From Harriotta raleighana (lineage: Eukaryota), in NCBI GenBank assembly GCA_050575255.1, contig JBNZDD010013549.1, positions 615,283 through 679,282 on the forward strand: a stretch of 64,000 nucleotides of DNA. Direction: 5' to 3'. The notes under the pieces were generated by a model, which saw nothing but the letters and a program-made list of their open reading frames with translations, made no database searches and was not told where the DNA came from. A program made the translations under genes and the position numbers. Below are positions 52,101 through 64,000 of this stretch, in pieces. Numbering within the stretch: the first letter of the stretch is position 1; the number at the start of each line of letters is the position of its first letter.

Positions 52101-53084
52101 ATCCTGGCACCATAATGTCCTAATCTTTGTTGAGTGATTAGCAAGGCTATAAGTCAATTTGCTTGCGAGTTAACAGGTGCCCTGCTCGCACATCTCCCCG
52201 AAGCAAGTTACCGTCACGCGAGCTGGAAAGAGGCAGCAACCCAGAAACAAATCGCTTCCCTCTATTTCCCCCTGCACGCATCTTAATAGGGCAGCACCTG
52301 GGGCTCACACAAAGAGGTGAAGACATTTGTTTCCTAAACAGTGTAGTGGACTGCAGTGCTCTAGACATTTCAGTTTTCGTATAGTGTGATAGAACATCAT
52401 TGTGATTTGGGGGTTACGCGTTAACTGTGCTGAGCAGAATTGACAACCGCCGAATAATCGATTCCAGACCGATGCTAGGTCAGCATCTTCTACAGGGCAA
52501 GGATCCTGAAGAAAGAACAATTCCACTTAACTTAAAAGCTTTCAGATGCTTGGCAGCAAATAAAAGGCTTCTGCTGGACTGATCCGACATGCCGCTACTT
52601 CACCTTGCTCTTTCGTTTCAAGTCCTGGAAGCCTGCTGTCGTTTCATCTGCCCTCCATTTTTCAGCTGTGCATTTAAATATATTCACCTGGATATAATAG
52701 GCAACATCTGCTTGTAAACCTGTTACCAGTCGAGAACTTGTGGGTGATGTTGGAGCCAGTCAGAATTCACAAGCCCCGATAGTTACAGCTCCACAACGCT
52801 GGAAATGAGTCATGGGAGCGAGCACCCAAGTGATCAAAGCTAATGGCCACAAAGATAGTCTTAATTTTCAACGAAAAGGCTGACTGAAGGGAGTTCGCCT
52901 CCCTTAGTGACAGTGTATGGAATCTTTAGCAAACTCTCTGCGAGCTTCCTCATCCTCTAACATTCAAATCCAATTGCAACAATCAGAGCTGATTGATTCC
53001 TGGACAAAAACCTTTCAGTTAAGTCTTGGTTTCATTAGTTCGCTTTGTCAAGCAGGACTGAGGAGGATGGCAATGGGTGTCAAC

Positions 53085-53445
53085 CTGGCCCAGTAGTAGC
53101 ACTCTCGCCACTCTTCCAGTCAGTAGGGGAAAGTTGTGGTTTCAAGCCCACATCTGGACTTGGAATCATAGCGTATCAGTTGATCGTGTAATGCAGTTCT
53201 GGGAGTACAGTATATTGCATTGTCAGAGGTGGAATCCTTCAGGTAGGCTATTAAACTGAGGGTCGGCCTTCCTTTTCTATTCAAAGTGTACCATGGGATC
53301 TTTAACATCTACCTGAACAAGCAGTTCAAAAAGTTCAAGGTGTCAAGTGTCCTGGCCAACAATGCCTCAAATAAAATTGGTCATTCACTTCATGGCTGTT
53401 GGTGAGACAGTGTTGTGTACAAATTGGCCGCCTTGTTTACTCACA
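53085..53445 (+). mobile_element. Old DeuSINE with an internally inverted segment
   Basis: tRNA-like head cagtagtagcactctcgcc..aagttgtggtttcaagccc and Deu motifs ttgtcagaggtg..ttaaactgagg..gtgtcctggccaaca..tgtgtacaaattggccgcc. Segment 53267-53324 is in reverse orientation. Confidence 0.75.
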
Positions 53446-55184
53446 AATAGAAGAACCCCAGAGCGTTTGAGCTTGGTCATGTTTGAGCTCTTTACTCGAC
53501 TCTTTGTTATTCTTGAACGGGTCGGTTTGAAACTGACTGTCAAGTGTTCTGTTACGTATCGTATAAACCACATGTTTGGTTAATTATTCTAGATCGAACA
53601 AGGTCAAAATATTCTTTCCGGTGACTCATTTCTGTAATTTATCAAGATTACACAGTAAATATAGCTTGGGGTGAATGCACAATAGAGAAGCAGGAACTGC
53701 AGCCTTGTAGTTAATAGATGGTTCCCCCCCCACATCTCAGCAGACACAGGGGCAAATCATCTTCCACCAGTTGTTAGGAGAAAGTAGGAATCTTGTTGGG
53801 GAGTTTTACATTCATGTAGGATTAGCATGAAACTTTCAGCAGAGATTTATTACAGTTATGAGAAAACTCTTAGTATTCCCGGGGTGCACTCCAACTCTTC
53901 GAATGTTTCATTTGGAGCATTCACACTGCTTTCTTTGTCTACTGTACTTGAACGGGACTAGGAGTTTCCAACCAATTCTTTCATAAATTCCCTCACATTC
54001 CAGACAAATAGTCTGTTGTGTTTGAGATATTTACATCATGGGAATAAATGAGAAAGTGCCATTCAACTCAAACAAAGGCCTACTCTATCTGTTGCTGCCT
54101 ACACTTATCTCAAAATAAGGCAGAGGTTGTAAACTCGAATAAACGTACGTGCAAACGTTAGATTCTCAGAGCCAAGTTCATTTATAACCCAAATGTGGAG
54201 TGACAGACCACTATTAGCATCCTCGTGTGCAGTTAAGCAAATTCATTGTCAAAGAAAGGGCTACAGATTGAAAGCATTGGCTGCTTTGCTTTGGAAAGAT
54301 TTCAAACTCACAGATTCAAATATTTATGCTCCCGTGTAACGAGGGAAAGTTGAGTCACTGCAGATCCATGGACGAAACAATGAATTTTTAAACTTCTAGG
54401 AAGATGGGATCAGTGGACATTCAGGCAATCTGCTGTTTTTTTTTCCTTTTCATAACAGTCCATTTTACTTTTAACAACAAATTACATTTATTTAGTCAGG
54501 GATTTAGGGCTGAGCTGGGAGTTGCGATCAGGAAGGCAGGCAGAGGAAGGGTAGGAGGGCGATCAAACACACGGTTCAAGAAGTGGGGGGTATTGAGACA
54601 GGCCTTGAGAGCAACATGCTGGGTTTTTAGCTTCACCTCGGAGGACAGAAGCAGTTTCGTTCTTTCAGCAAATAATATACTTTTTAAATCTCACGCTTGT
54701 AGTGAGTGATGTTTGCGAAGATTGACTACAGTTCTGGTCACTGCAACGTAAGGATGATATACCGGCCTAGAGGCAATGCAGAGATGTACATCTGGAGCAA
54801 AACACAGTGTTAGACGTTCCAAGACAACGTGATAAGAAGACCCAGGTGAAGGGCTGAGAAAAGCAATTTTAAGACAGCCACCAAGAAGAAATGTTTTTGC
54901 ATAAGGTTTAATTGACGGCTCCTTGGTGATTTGAGAGTTCCAATTCACTGGTCACGATTCTCCATCGCAAATTATCACAACAAATCCAGTTCCTAACCAT
55001 CACATAATTACGTGCCAGTGACCTCAAAACTAGGCCCTGGAGTTTTAGAAATGTATCTGGCTTGATTTCAGCCGGTGACAAGCACTGGAATAGCACAGAA
55101 CGCCTTGGGTGAGAAAAGCATCCTATGTAGAAACAGCATCAGGTTTTAAAAGCACACAGCTGGATTTGGCTTCAAGAAATCTGC

Positions 55185-55343
55185 CTCTTTTCTTAGTACA
55201 CTTTGCTGACTTGTTTTTTTGAGACTTCATTAACCAACTGAGCTATTTCCGCCCCATAAGAAAGTGTATGGGCAGAAATAGATCAGTCGTTAATTACGTC
55301 TCAAACAACAAATGGGAAGCCAGTGACTGACTCCAGAAAAGAG
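55185..55343. repeat. Long imperfect palindrome (hairpin)
   Basis: 55211-55258 pairs with 55267-55311, with outer CTCTTTTCT/AGAAAAGAG arms. Confidence 0.85.
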
Positions 55344-58300
55344 CTGAGATGTACCACAAAAGGCTGCCAAGGACAAAGATTAGCTTCAGTCACAAACCTC
55401 CAAATTAGGCCGCAATCGAAGTACTGTTCCAAGAATCACTGATTCTCACCAAAATGGTCACGTCCATGGAAACAGCTCTGAGAATATAAGCTGTTCAAAG
55501 CTCCAGCGCCAGCAAAAAATTCTGCTTAAAAATAAACTGAAACATTTTAAACTTGCCAATAGCGTACACATAAAAAATCTTTCAATTATCACTACATCCA
55601 ACTACAGTATCTATAAAGATGTCCTCAAATCACATTGCGCAGCTTTAGAATAGTCTTCCAGTTAAAGAAACAATCATAAAAAATTCAAAGTACAAGCATC
55701 TCTATCCACATTGGTACGCTAACAATTGCTTTTATTTCCACCCAGAAGATCATCAGTTCAGAGTGTTCAGCTTTTGGCAATAATATATGAGATCACTTTG
55801 TGAGTTTGAAACACTCAAGCCTGTGGGCAGCAGCAAGTCGTTGTGGGAGTCGGACGAGGAGGAAGCCAAGAAGCTGGCAATGCTCACCATTGCTATAGGA
55901 CGACAAAATCTCCCACGAAAACCTACCTGTAAATGATTAGCCAGACATTGTAACCGGGAGGATGGAATCAGACTGGAAGTCTCCAGAGGAGACAAGCTGA
56001 AAGCATGGTACCTGCCTTGCAATTGTTCAGCAAAACAAACCCGAAGCTTGAATCACACAAGTCTGCCATTGTTACAGCCTCACCTGTGGACTTCCCGAGG
56101 TCCCAGTTGAGGTTACATACTCAATTGGATGAACACTGGCCACTTTGAGATGCTTCTTGTTGAAATGATCTTTTAATCAGAGTGGGAACAAGGCCGTAGA
56201 GGTTAACAGTGGCTACTACGGCTATTTTAAACTGTTTATTCAACCAAACCGGTGTAACAGTGGTGATTACTCACAGTTTCAAGTGCTTGTGAGTATCAGC
56301 AAACAATGGTGTAGAAAATCAAAATGATCTGCCCCCTCACACACTCATACAAGACACCTATCGGTGTCACCCAGTTACATTGCTGAACCTTCTGGGGCAT
56401 AAGCACTAAAGAAAGCTACGACAAAGTACACAACAAAGCAAATAGAAAACTAATGATGTTTACAGCCTTTTTTTTATACATAGTTGATCAACATAAACAT
56501 GTACTACTTTCAAAGCAACAGTTTATCACTGGTAAATGAACAGGGACAAAGTCATAAGATACAAGAGTTTCCACATGAATTGCTTACAGGTTTTACATTT
56601 GACATGTTGCAGCATGCAGTCAATTTTTTTTCTGGAGTGATCCTTCACACCCTGATAGCAGGTAAAGGAATGTCGAAAGAAATAGTGACAGAGATTAAGC
56701 AATCCCCCAGTCAGGTACAGAACAGCCCCATTTAAAGGAAAGCCCAGTTTTAATAGGAGATTCTTGTGCTGGAGCGAAAGCTGCAGTTACACTGCAGAAT
56801 TTGTGTGGCTTCAGTTTCTAAACCACAACACACCACAGTGAAGCTAGATTTGAAACAGACAAAATCTGCCCTCGAGCATAGCCCCCAAAAACATCTACAA
56901 GAGAAAGTGGTTTCAATCAATCCAAGCTTTTGATTATGGAATATGACTCCCGTCCGGCGACTGTCTTGATGCAGAGTCAGCTTTTAAATCGAAACGAACT
57001 CTGTCTCGTGGAGCGCATTTAATGTTCTTAATGTTACCAGAAAGCGACTGAACCACCTCATCTTTAAAACCGTCCAAATTCAATCAGTATTGGTCGTCAG
57101 ACTTTTCCTCAGTGCGACTCAATTCCAGATGAGAGCTGGTAGTGTAATGGCTTTCTGCCAAATGCAGTCATACAAGGCACCATGTCAGCTCTGCCTGCAA
57201 TCATACTGTTGTATTATACTGGAACTAGTGTGTGACTAACTCCCTGCACCACCCTGACCAGTGTGTGTGTTTTTTGAAAGGTTCACAATGCCAGTTCTAC
57301 CATTGTTTAACGCTCTCTCCGAGGGGTGCTATTCACATGCGAGTTGCTGTTGGAATAAAACACGTAATAGAGCAGAAATAAAAATTGCGGGATCAAGAAA
57401 AGGCCTATCTGTTGCTTTCGTAGATGACACCAATCCACGCTGGGAGGATGTGCCCAGTAAAACAGCAGACTATTCATCTACCCTACCTCTTCACTATCCA
57501 ACCTGGTCTCCTTTCCTCCAAAGGCACTTTGCCTACAATTGCTAATTGCCTTTACTATATAGATGTAAGAACAATAATAATCCTTGCATCTGATATTGAT
57601 CCTGATCATATCGTTAAGGGATCTCAAAGCAGAATATACCATGTTGGTTTCTGTGATGGAAATGATTGCAGAATTCTCTTATTTTGTTCTTGCTATCAAA
57701 TACCACTTGATAGTAATATTCCTCCTATCATTATACTGTATTCAAGATCTGAAAAGGAGTTAACTTGTGGTGGCCATCAGTCTGGATTGGATGGGGGGGC
57801 GAATGGGGGAAGAGGGGAGTTAATGTGATTAAAGGTTCCTCATTCTCTTTTACCATTGTGCTACCTTCTCTTCAATTGGACATGCATGGCTGTTCAAATC
57901 ACTGGAATCAAATCAATATTGCCTCTCCGCATATGCCAGTCTTTTCAAATTTCCATCCATCTTGAAGATATTAAGGTTAATGCTGTAATGGAATGCTTTA
58001 GTGATCCAAATCATGACTGCCAATTGTTGTGGCATTACTGATGTTTAAATTAATTTACTACCTGGGCCTTAATCAAAAAGCTGTGTCAGCGTTTGTTTGA
58101 AAACCATCTCATTTATTGTAAATTACCCTTTCTTTAACAAGATCCTTATGGTCATTATACAGGCACATCTTGAAACAGTGGAAAAGCTGAATAAGGTTTT
58201 GTACCTGTGCTTCTGGTTAACGTTCGACCATTTAAAGTGAAGGCAAGTTAATTTTCTTGACTGGAACAGACTCGTAAAGGTCATGGACAACCTATGGATT

Positions 58301-61300
58301 CCCAAACTGGACACAGTAACAGGAATAAAGTAACTAGGAAAATTGGAACAATCCTTTAAAACAATCACACATCTTATAAATCGAAATAGCCCTGAGCTTG
58401 TCATTTCATCAGGGGGTCGGTCAGTGTGAATGAATTGACGATCTCCATCGTGATTGTCTGTTTCTAAATAGCCAGAGGAGTGACTGTTCACACCTAATGG
58501 CTGTTTCTAGGTTTCTTCAAATGGGCTGTAAACTGGAATTTGGCTACACTCATTCCACCCACTGGGTCTGACATATTCAACTTTTCCATACATTTTAATC
58601 CGAATAGTAATATATCGGTGATTAAAAGTGCCTGTTTATTAGTTTTTAACATAAATTAGTAATGACTTATGAAATCCGATCATACCTAAGCAATCCAATC
58701 TGAGGTGCAGGTGTGTGGATACCAGAAATATGAGTGATGTGAGTTGCAAAATTAAATGGTCTCATATTGTTGAATATGGTTGTAGCATGTTTATGAATGG
58801 TGCGTTCTTGTGATACATTGCCCGTGGAATGATGCTGTAAACTGGCTCAGATGATGAGATGGATCCCATTGACAAATATAGGGAGTAATCCAACAAATAA
58901 TGAGTTTGGTGCAGATTAAACTATGCTACTTTTGAACAAGTTGTACCAGCATTTCCCTTTCATATTAGTATTATTAGTATTAGCGTTAGTATTATCATTG
59001 TATTGTTTGTGAAAGGAACAGGCAAGGATTGAATAATGGGAGTTGTGGAGATGGATTCTGGAGATTGTGATCCACTTTTTCTGAGTTTGTGATGACTTCG
59101 AACTTTCCCAATGAATCAGAATGGAAGTCTCGAGCATTAAGGAGTTAAGTACGTTCTGGGGAAATACTTCCTCCTAAAATACTTTCTAATGTAAAGTGTT
59201 AACAATTTGATGTCAGATGAATCTTCCAGTTTACACTCTAAATGAGGTGTGGAGATTATTTGGTGGTGGGATAATTTGTCGCTGGGCTGTTGATGCAAAT
59301 TATGAAGTAAGAGTTGATAAAGAAAGAGAGTTTGGACTGAAGAGGGGAGAATGGAATTGCAAACACAGGTCTCGGCAAGGTAAGGCCCGAGGAGATCACA
59401 AACAACTGACAAAAGTTCAAAGACAGACATGTTCTGGGCTAGATTTTTCTCATTCCTCAAGCATCAAAGTGAAAGCCATCATTTATAAAGCCCTGACCTC
59501 CTCCTGTCCTCCTCTTCTCTCACTGCTGAGATATATGTTATTCACATGAAAAGTACTTTCATTACAATTGTCTTTCAAAGCTCTCCAACAAAGATCCAAA
59601 GCCCCTTCCTTTCTCCTATTCGAATGTGCACATTTGCAAACAAACTTTATTGGTATAACTTGTACCCAATAGATATGTACTTAGGTTTTTTTTTCTGTAT
59701 TTTCTTACCTGAGGTGCAGTATATTTGAAGCGTTGTACGGTGGGTAATGGGGAGGGAGAGTTGGCCACCTTTTCATTATTTTTGTTGCAAATTATGTATT
59801 TATCGAGAGAGATGTCAGTGTTGGGGAATGCTCTTCTGCTTTTGACACCTAGTATCGACATCAAACACTGCCAGGCCACAAGCTAGAAGCAAAATAAATC
59901 TCTCTCCACTTTGCCTTAAAAATCCAATGGGTCTCAATCGTAACCTCAAGAGATATGCGTACCTTCACCACACCAGTGTGAATGTTTTCATTTCCCACGT
60001 TATTCATTCCATTCTGAGTTACCCCCTGCCATTTCCATGTCTGCCAAATTGAGGCGATGCTAAGCCGTCCTTCGAGATTGGTGCAAACCCAGTTGATTTG
60101 GAGCCTTTACATACGAGTTAAAAGAAAACTTTCAATGGGGCCTGGATCGGAACCCAGGCCAGGACTTTTAGTTGGGTTTCTTCCACACTCGCTCGAAAGA
60201 GGAGAAAACATGGAACATTAAACTGCCTTTTTCAATCACAGCTTCCATACTGCCCACTTTACTTAAGCGTTAGGTGAATCTAGCCCTGAAGTACAGGAAA
60301 ACGTTGAAATGCCTGAGCTCTCAAACAGACAAGAGGCCACGTGAGAGAATTACAATGAACTGCACCCGCTAATGCAGGAAGAAACCAGGAGCTTTCTCTT
60401 TGAATTACCTGCTGTTGAGGTGAACACCATTCGGGGATTAAATCTGAGCATCAAACTTGGAAGTTGAAACTCATACAGTACTTGAAAGCATTTCTTAAGA
60501 GAAAAAAAAGGTCATTGCCACATCTTCAGGCAAGTCAGTTCTTGTTCATTCCCACACGTTGACGAACGAACAACTGTCAACACATTCCAAACCACACAAA
60601 GAGGTGAACTTTGAGATTTAGCGATCAAACTGTCATTATACAACTTCCTTTTTGATCAGGTCATCTTGATAAGATGCAAAGGCTTGTTTATTGTTTGGAT
60701 GCACCAACTGTGAGGGTTGACCCCCCGTTAACATTGCAAACAGCGAGCGTTTTAAATCCACCCCCAAATAATAGATATTTAATGAGTGAATACGGAAGCA
60801 TTGCTTCGATACCCCCCCCCCCCACCCCCAGTGAATGTTCCTTCGCCTTTTCTTTATTCGGTTGCTGGTAAAGAGCTTTTCAATAATTGAAAGACGCAAA
60901 TCGGGATTCAGAATGATGCACGAGTTCAGGGTTCTGGTTCGTCACAGCTGTAACTTGTGGTTGAATTCCAAGTCGGTACTTCATGGGAAGCTCGTTCAGC
61001 AAACTCTTGAGCAGTCTCAACCCAGACCTACAGCAGAAAGCTAATTGTGAGTCTTGTTGACGCCACAAATTGCGAGCTTGAAATCAAAATGCTGTTGTGT
61101 TGCTCTTCTGAGTTTGGGAATTAATGCACATGGTGGGGCGGGGTGTATTGGGCTCTTTAACATTTAAATACTCCAGGCAGCATTTGACGGAATGGTAACA
61201 CTCATTGCTGAAAGTGTTGTCATTTTTCAGAACTGAAATTGCTCAATGTTTTAGCTCGAGGTGAGGATTTACAGTATTTTCTATTTTGGGCTGATTCTAT

Positions 61301-61702
61301 CTGACAAGTGCACGTAAGAGTATGCACTGTTCGTGCTGCTCCCCCAGTGAGAAGCTGATTTGAAATGCAGAATAGAACGGTCAGCTAGTCACAGGTGACT
61401 GTATAGAATCGCACCTCCATTAGAAAGTGCTTGGAGGTGAAGCAGCTCCAGCTACAAACAAGTATTGATAGATACTAGTGCAATTCATCATCTAAGGTGC
61501 TTTACACCAGAATTAAAATCACTTAAACTTTTAATTATTAGGAAGTTTAACAATTTACATTCCTCCTCTGCGGGTTTTGGGTCAGTCAAATGATCAGTCA
61601 ATGTGGATTAATAAATGACATCAGGTTGGCTTATGTTGGGGAGACTAGTAGGCCAGAAAAAGTTGTTAGAATACACCCGTTGTTGTATTCTCTCACTAGA
61701 GA

Positions 61703-61925
61703 TAATCATCATAATACTGTATTTGATAAAGCACTTTTCACGTATTCTAGACACCTCAAAGCGCTTCACAGAATATACTGTAGTGAATTCCCTGTATATA
61801 TGTGGGCGAAACGCGGCAGCCAATTGCAAGTCTCCCACAAACAGCCGTGGATTGAAATGACCAATGTATTATTTTTTTGAAGGGATTATTATTAGGCGTG
61901 TGGAGCAAGGAAACTTGCCCAAGGC
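61703..61925 (-). mobile_element. 5'-truncated tRNA/Deu SINE
   Basis: Family tail and body up to ggaaacttgcccaagg. The tRNA head is absent. Confidence 0.88.
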
Positions 61926-63226
61926 TTCCTCACTCCACACACCCCATAATAATAAACCTGGTTAAAAATGCTGGGTGGAAGAATAAATCAATAAGATTGA
62001 CAGATCAAAAGCTCCTTTATAGAGACCTAACATTGCAGCCTTTCAAGCACTTCCATTTTTGTAAGAATTTCTAAAGTGTAAATGCCTGCCTGATGTTAGG
62101 TCATCTGTTATATTTTATTCTCTTCCCCACATTGGGCAGATGGATGGTAGTCTAAACCAGAGCTTTCTAGACTCCCACCATCAACATCACTCGATGATAA
62201 GCTGTCAGGAGGTGACACTGAGATAGGGGACACCTTAAGGCAGTTCTTCCTCNGTCATCTGTTATATTTTATTCTCTTCCCCACATTGGGCAGATGGATG
62301 GTACAGTCTAAACCAGAGCTTTCTAGACTCCCACCATCAATATCACTCGATGATAAGCTATCAGGAGGTGACACTGAGATAGGGGACACCTTAGTGCTCC
62401 TTTGGGGACTGATCAACTCGATATAAACTGATTGGAGCATCAAGCAGCTTGTGACTTAGCTGCAAAGGACTTTTTTTGAGCCCATCCAATAACGCAGAGA
62501 GTAAAGACAAATGCAAACAAAATTAACTTTTATTATATTTTGGCATGTGTTCCTTGAAAGCACATACTAGACTTCATTGTTGCAAAAGAATTCAACTACA
62601 GGCAACACAATCTTTTCTTACATATCCTGGCAGAAAAAAAAAAGCTCCTTTCACAGAAAGGATTATTTACAGTTTGTGCAATCATCATTTTAAAGGATAT
62701 AAAATGTTACAATGTTTGATATATTGTTGTCCTTTTTTTTTAAAAATAAAAAAAAACTAATGAATAAATCCTAGTTTGGGAATAAATAACCAATTCAATC
62801 TTTCACTACAGTCCAAATGTCGTAAAACATGCTGGACAAAACTCAAATTATTAGGTCCAATTTATATAAAGCCCAGGAAAATAATTAACAAAAAAAAACT
62901 AAATACATAACTGAAAGGGATGTGGCCTTATTTTGTCAGTCTAACCAGTTTATTGGTTATTTTAAAAAAATGTTCTAAACATAATAAATCTTCCCCAGGA
63001 GGAATTTAAAAAGGATGTACCTGGAGACCAATGTAACACAAAACCTCTCCCTACATTGGCCCATCCTATTGCTGTAACCTACTTGCAATTAGTTGTGGAT
63101 TAGCAGGGAATGAGTCATAACTGGCGCACTTTCCACAGGTTATAAATCTCAAACGTGAGTCTATTTATACCACAGACAATCCATCGAATTTTATTTAATT
63201 TTGTGTGTTAAATCAGATTTTAAATC

Positions 63227-63227
<1 letters not shown>

Positions 63228-63255
<28 letters not shown>
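63228..63255. repeat. (ATTT)n microsatellite
   Basis: Direct reading. Others are (AG)n at 1201-1220, 25319-25332 and 28638-28659, and (CA)n at 29021-29046. Confidence 0.9.
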
Positions 63256-63257
<2 letters not shown>

Positions 63258-64000
63258 AAAAAAATTACGTGGAATTCTCCCAGTTGATCCAATTGATCTG
63301 CCAATAGATAACACATAAGTACTCCAATTCCTAATCTTTTTAACGACGAGTTTTCCCAAGAGCTCAAGAAATGCCCCAAAATGGTGTGCGAGGGACCATC
63401 TTTCGCTGACAAAGTGACACATCATTAGCAACTCGCAGCTAGGACAAACCCAACAGTCAGAAACATACATTTTAAAAGAGGTTCTTTCCAAGGATCACAC
63501 CACAGGGGGTTGGTGCTGCGCCCGATTTGGGCTTCGGATCCGATGGTAATTACCAGTTAACCCAGACAGAGCTGAGCTACAATAATACTTCCCGTTTTAG
63601 ATTCTACAAAAGATTGATCGGTTGTGGGGGTTCGTTTTGAACAAACGCGGGTCAGTTCACTTGCATTGCAATCAGTTCCCATTCATAGATTTCTGTCAGA
63701 TGAAGCTAGGCATTTACTGCATTTGACTTATGCTGGCACACACAAAATAACAAAATGTACATTTTAACTGGATAGCAAGAACTGCTCTAGTGGGGATTCG
63801 CTTCTGCGATCCCTAAAGACAGCTGCTTAAGCTTCTGTTTTGAATTGTTACTTGATTCTGGTGCATTCCTCTTGACATGCAGAACTAGTACAGAATTTTG
63901 GCAGTTCTCTATATGCATAATCCTGCATTCTCCGACATGCACGCTAAAGACCAAAGCCAATTGTTTTACTCTACCCTGGGATAGCTTGTGGAGATGCTGG

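Noticed and set aside
59137-59549. Overlapping 107/110-aa ORFs as a hidden gene or RT remnant
   Set aside because: No recognisable motifs or splice signals. The lengths are within chance expectation.
60636-60899. ORF ending in ...KKEVV as the FRMD6 C-terminus
   Set aside because: The resemblance is limited to the last residues. The rest does not match FRMD6 as I recall it, and no exon structure is evident.
60920-61070. LF-SINE-like relic (gcagtctcaacccag motif)
   Set aside because: The similarity is too short and diverged to call without a profile search.

Overview
This is eukaryotic vertebrate genomic DNA. The repeat families point to a cartilaginous fish, probably a holocephalan such as an elephant shark or chimaera (inference). 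It comes from a fragmented draft assembly with many single-N joins. Two protein-coding genes are recognisable, both on the minus strand. RTRAF/C14orf166 is represented by exon 1 and a gap-truncated exon 2, with a CpG/CRE-rich promoter at about 1.25-1.4 kb. GNG2 is complete: a 71-aa G-protein gamma-2 encoded by two coding exons and ending in a CAIL CAAX box. The GNG2-RTRAF order matches my recollection of the human locus. The remaining ~55 kb is non-coding, either GNG2 5' intron/upstream sequence or intergenic. It is filled with a young tRNA-headed Deu-domain SINE, older DeuSINE relics, L2 and CR1 LINE 3' ends, MITE-like inverted repeats and microsatellites. Almost all ORFs in the supplied track are spurious. 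I found no convincing new multi-gene system. The best leads are mobile-element structures: a TSD-flanked ~104-bp Penelope-type insert with a degenerate hammerhead core, a 159-bp palindrome, an inverted duplication of an L2 fragment, a DeuSINE with an internal inversion, and filled/empty insertion alleles exposed by haplotype duplication.
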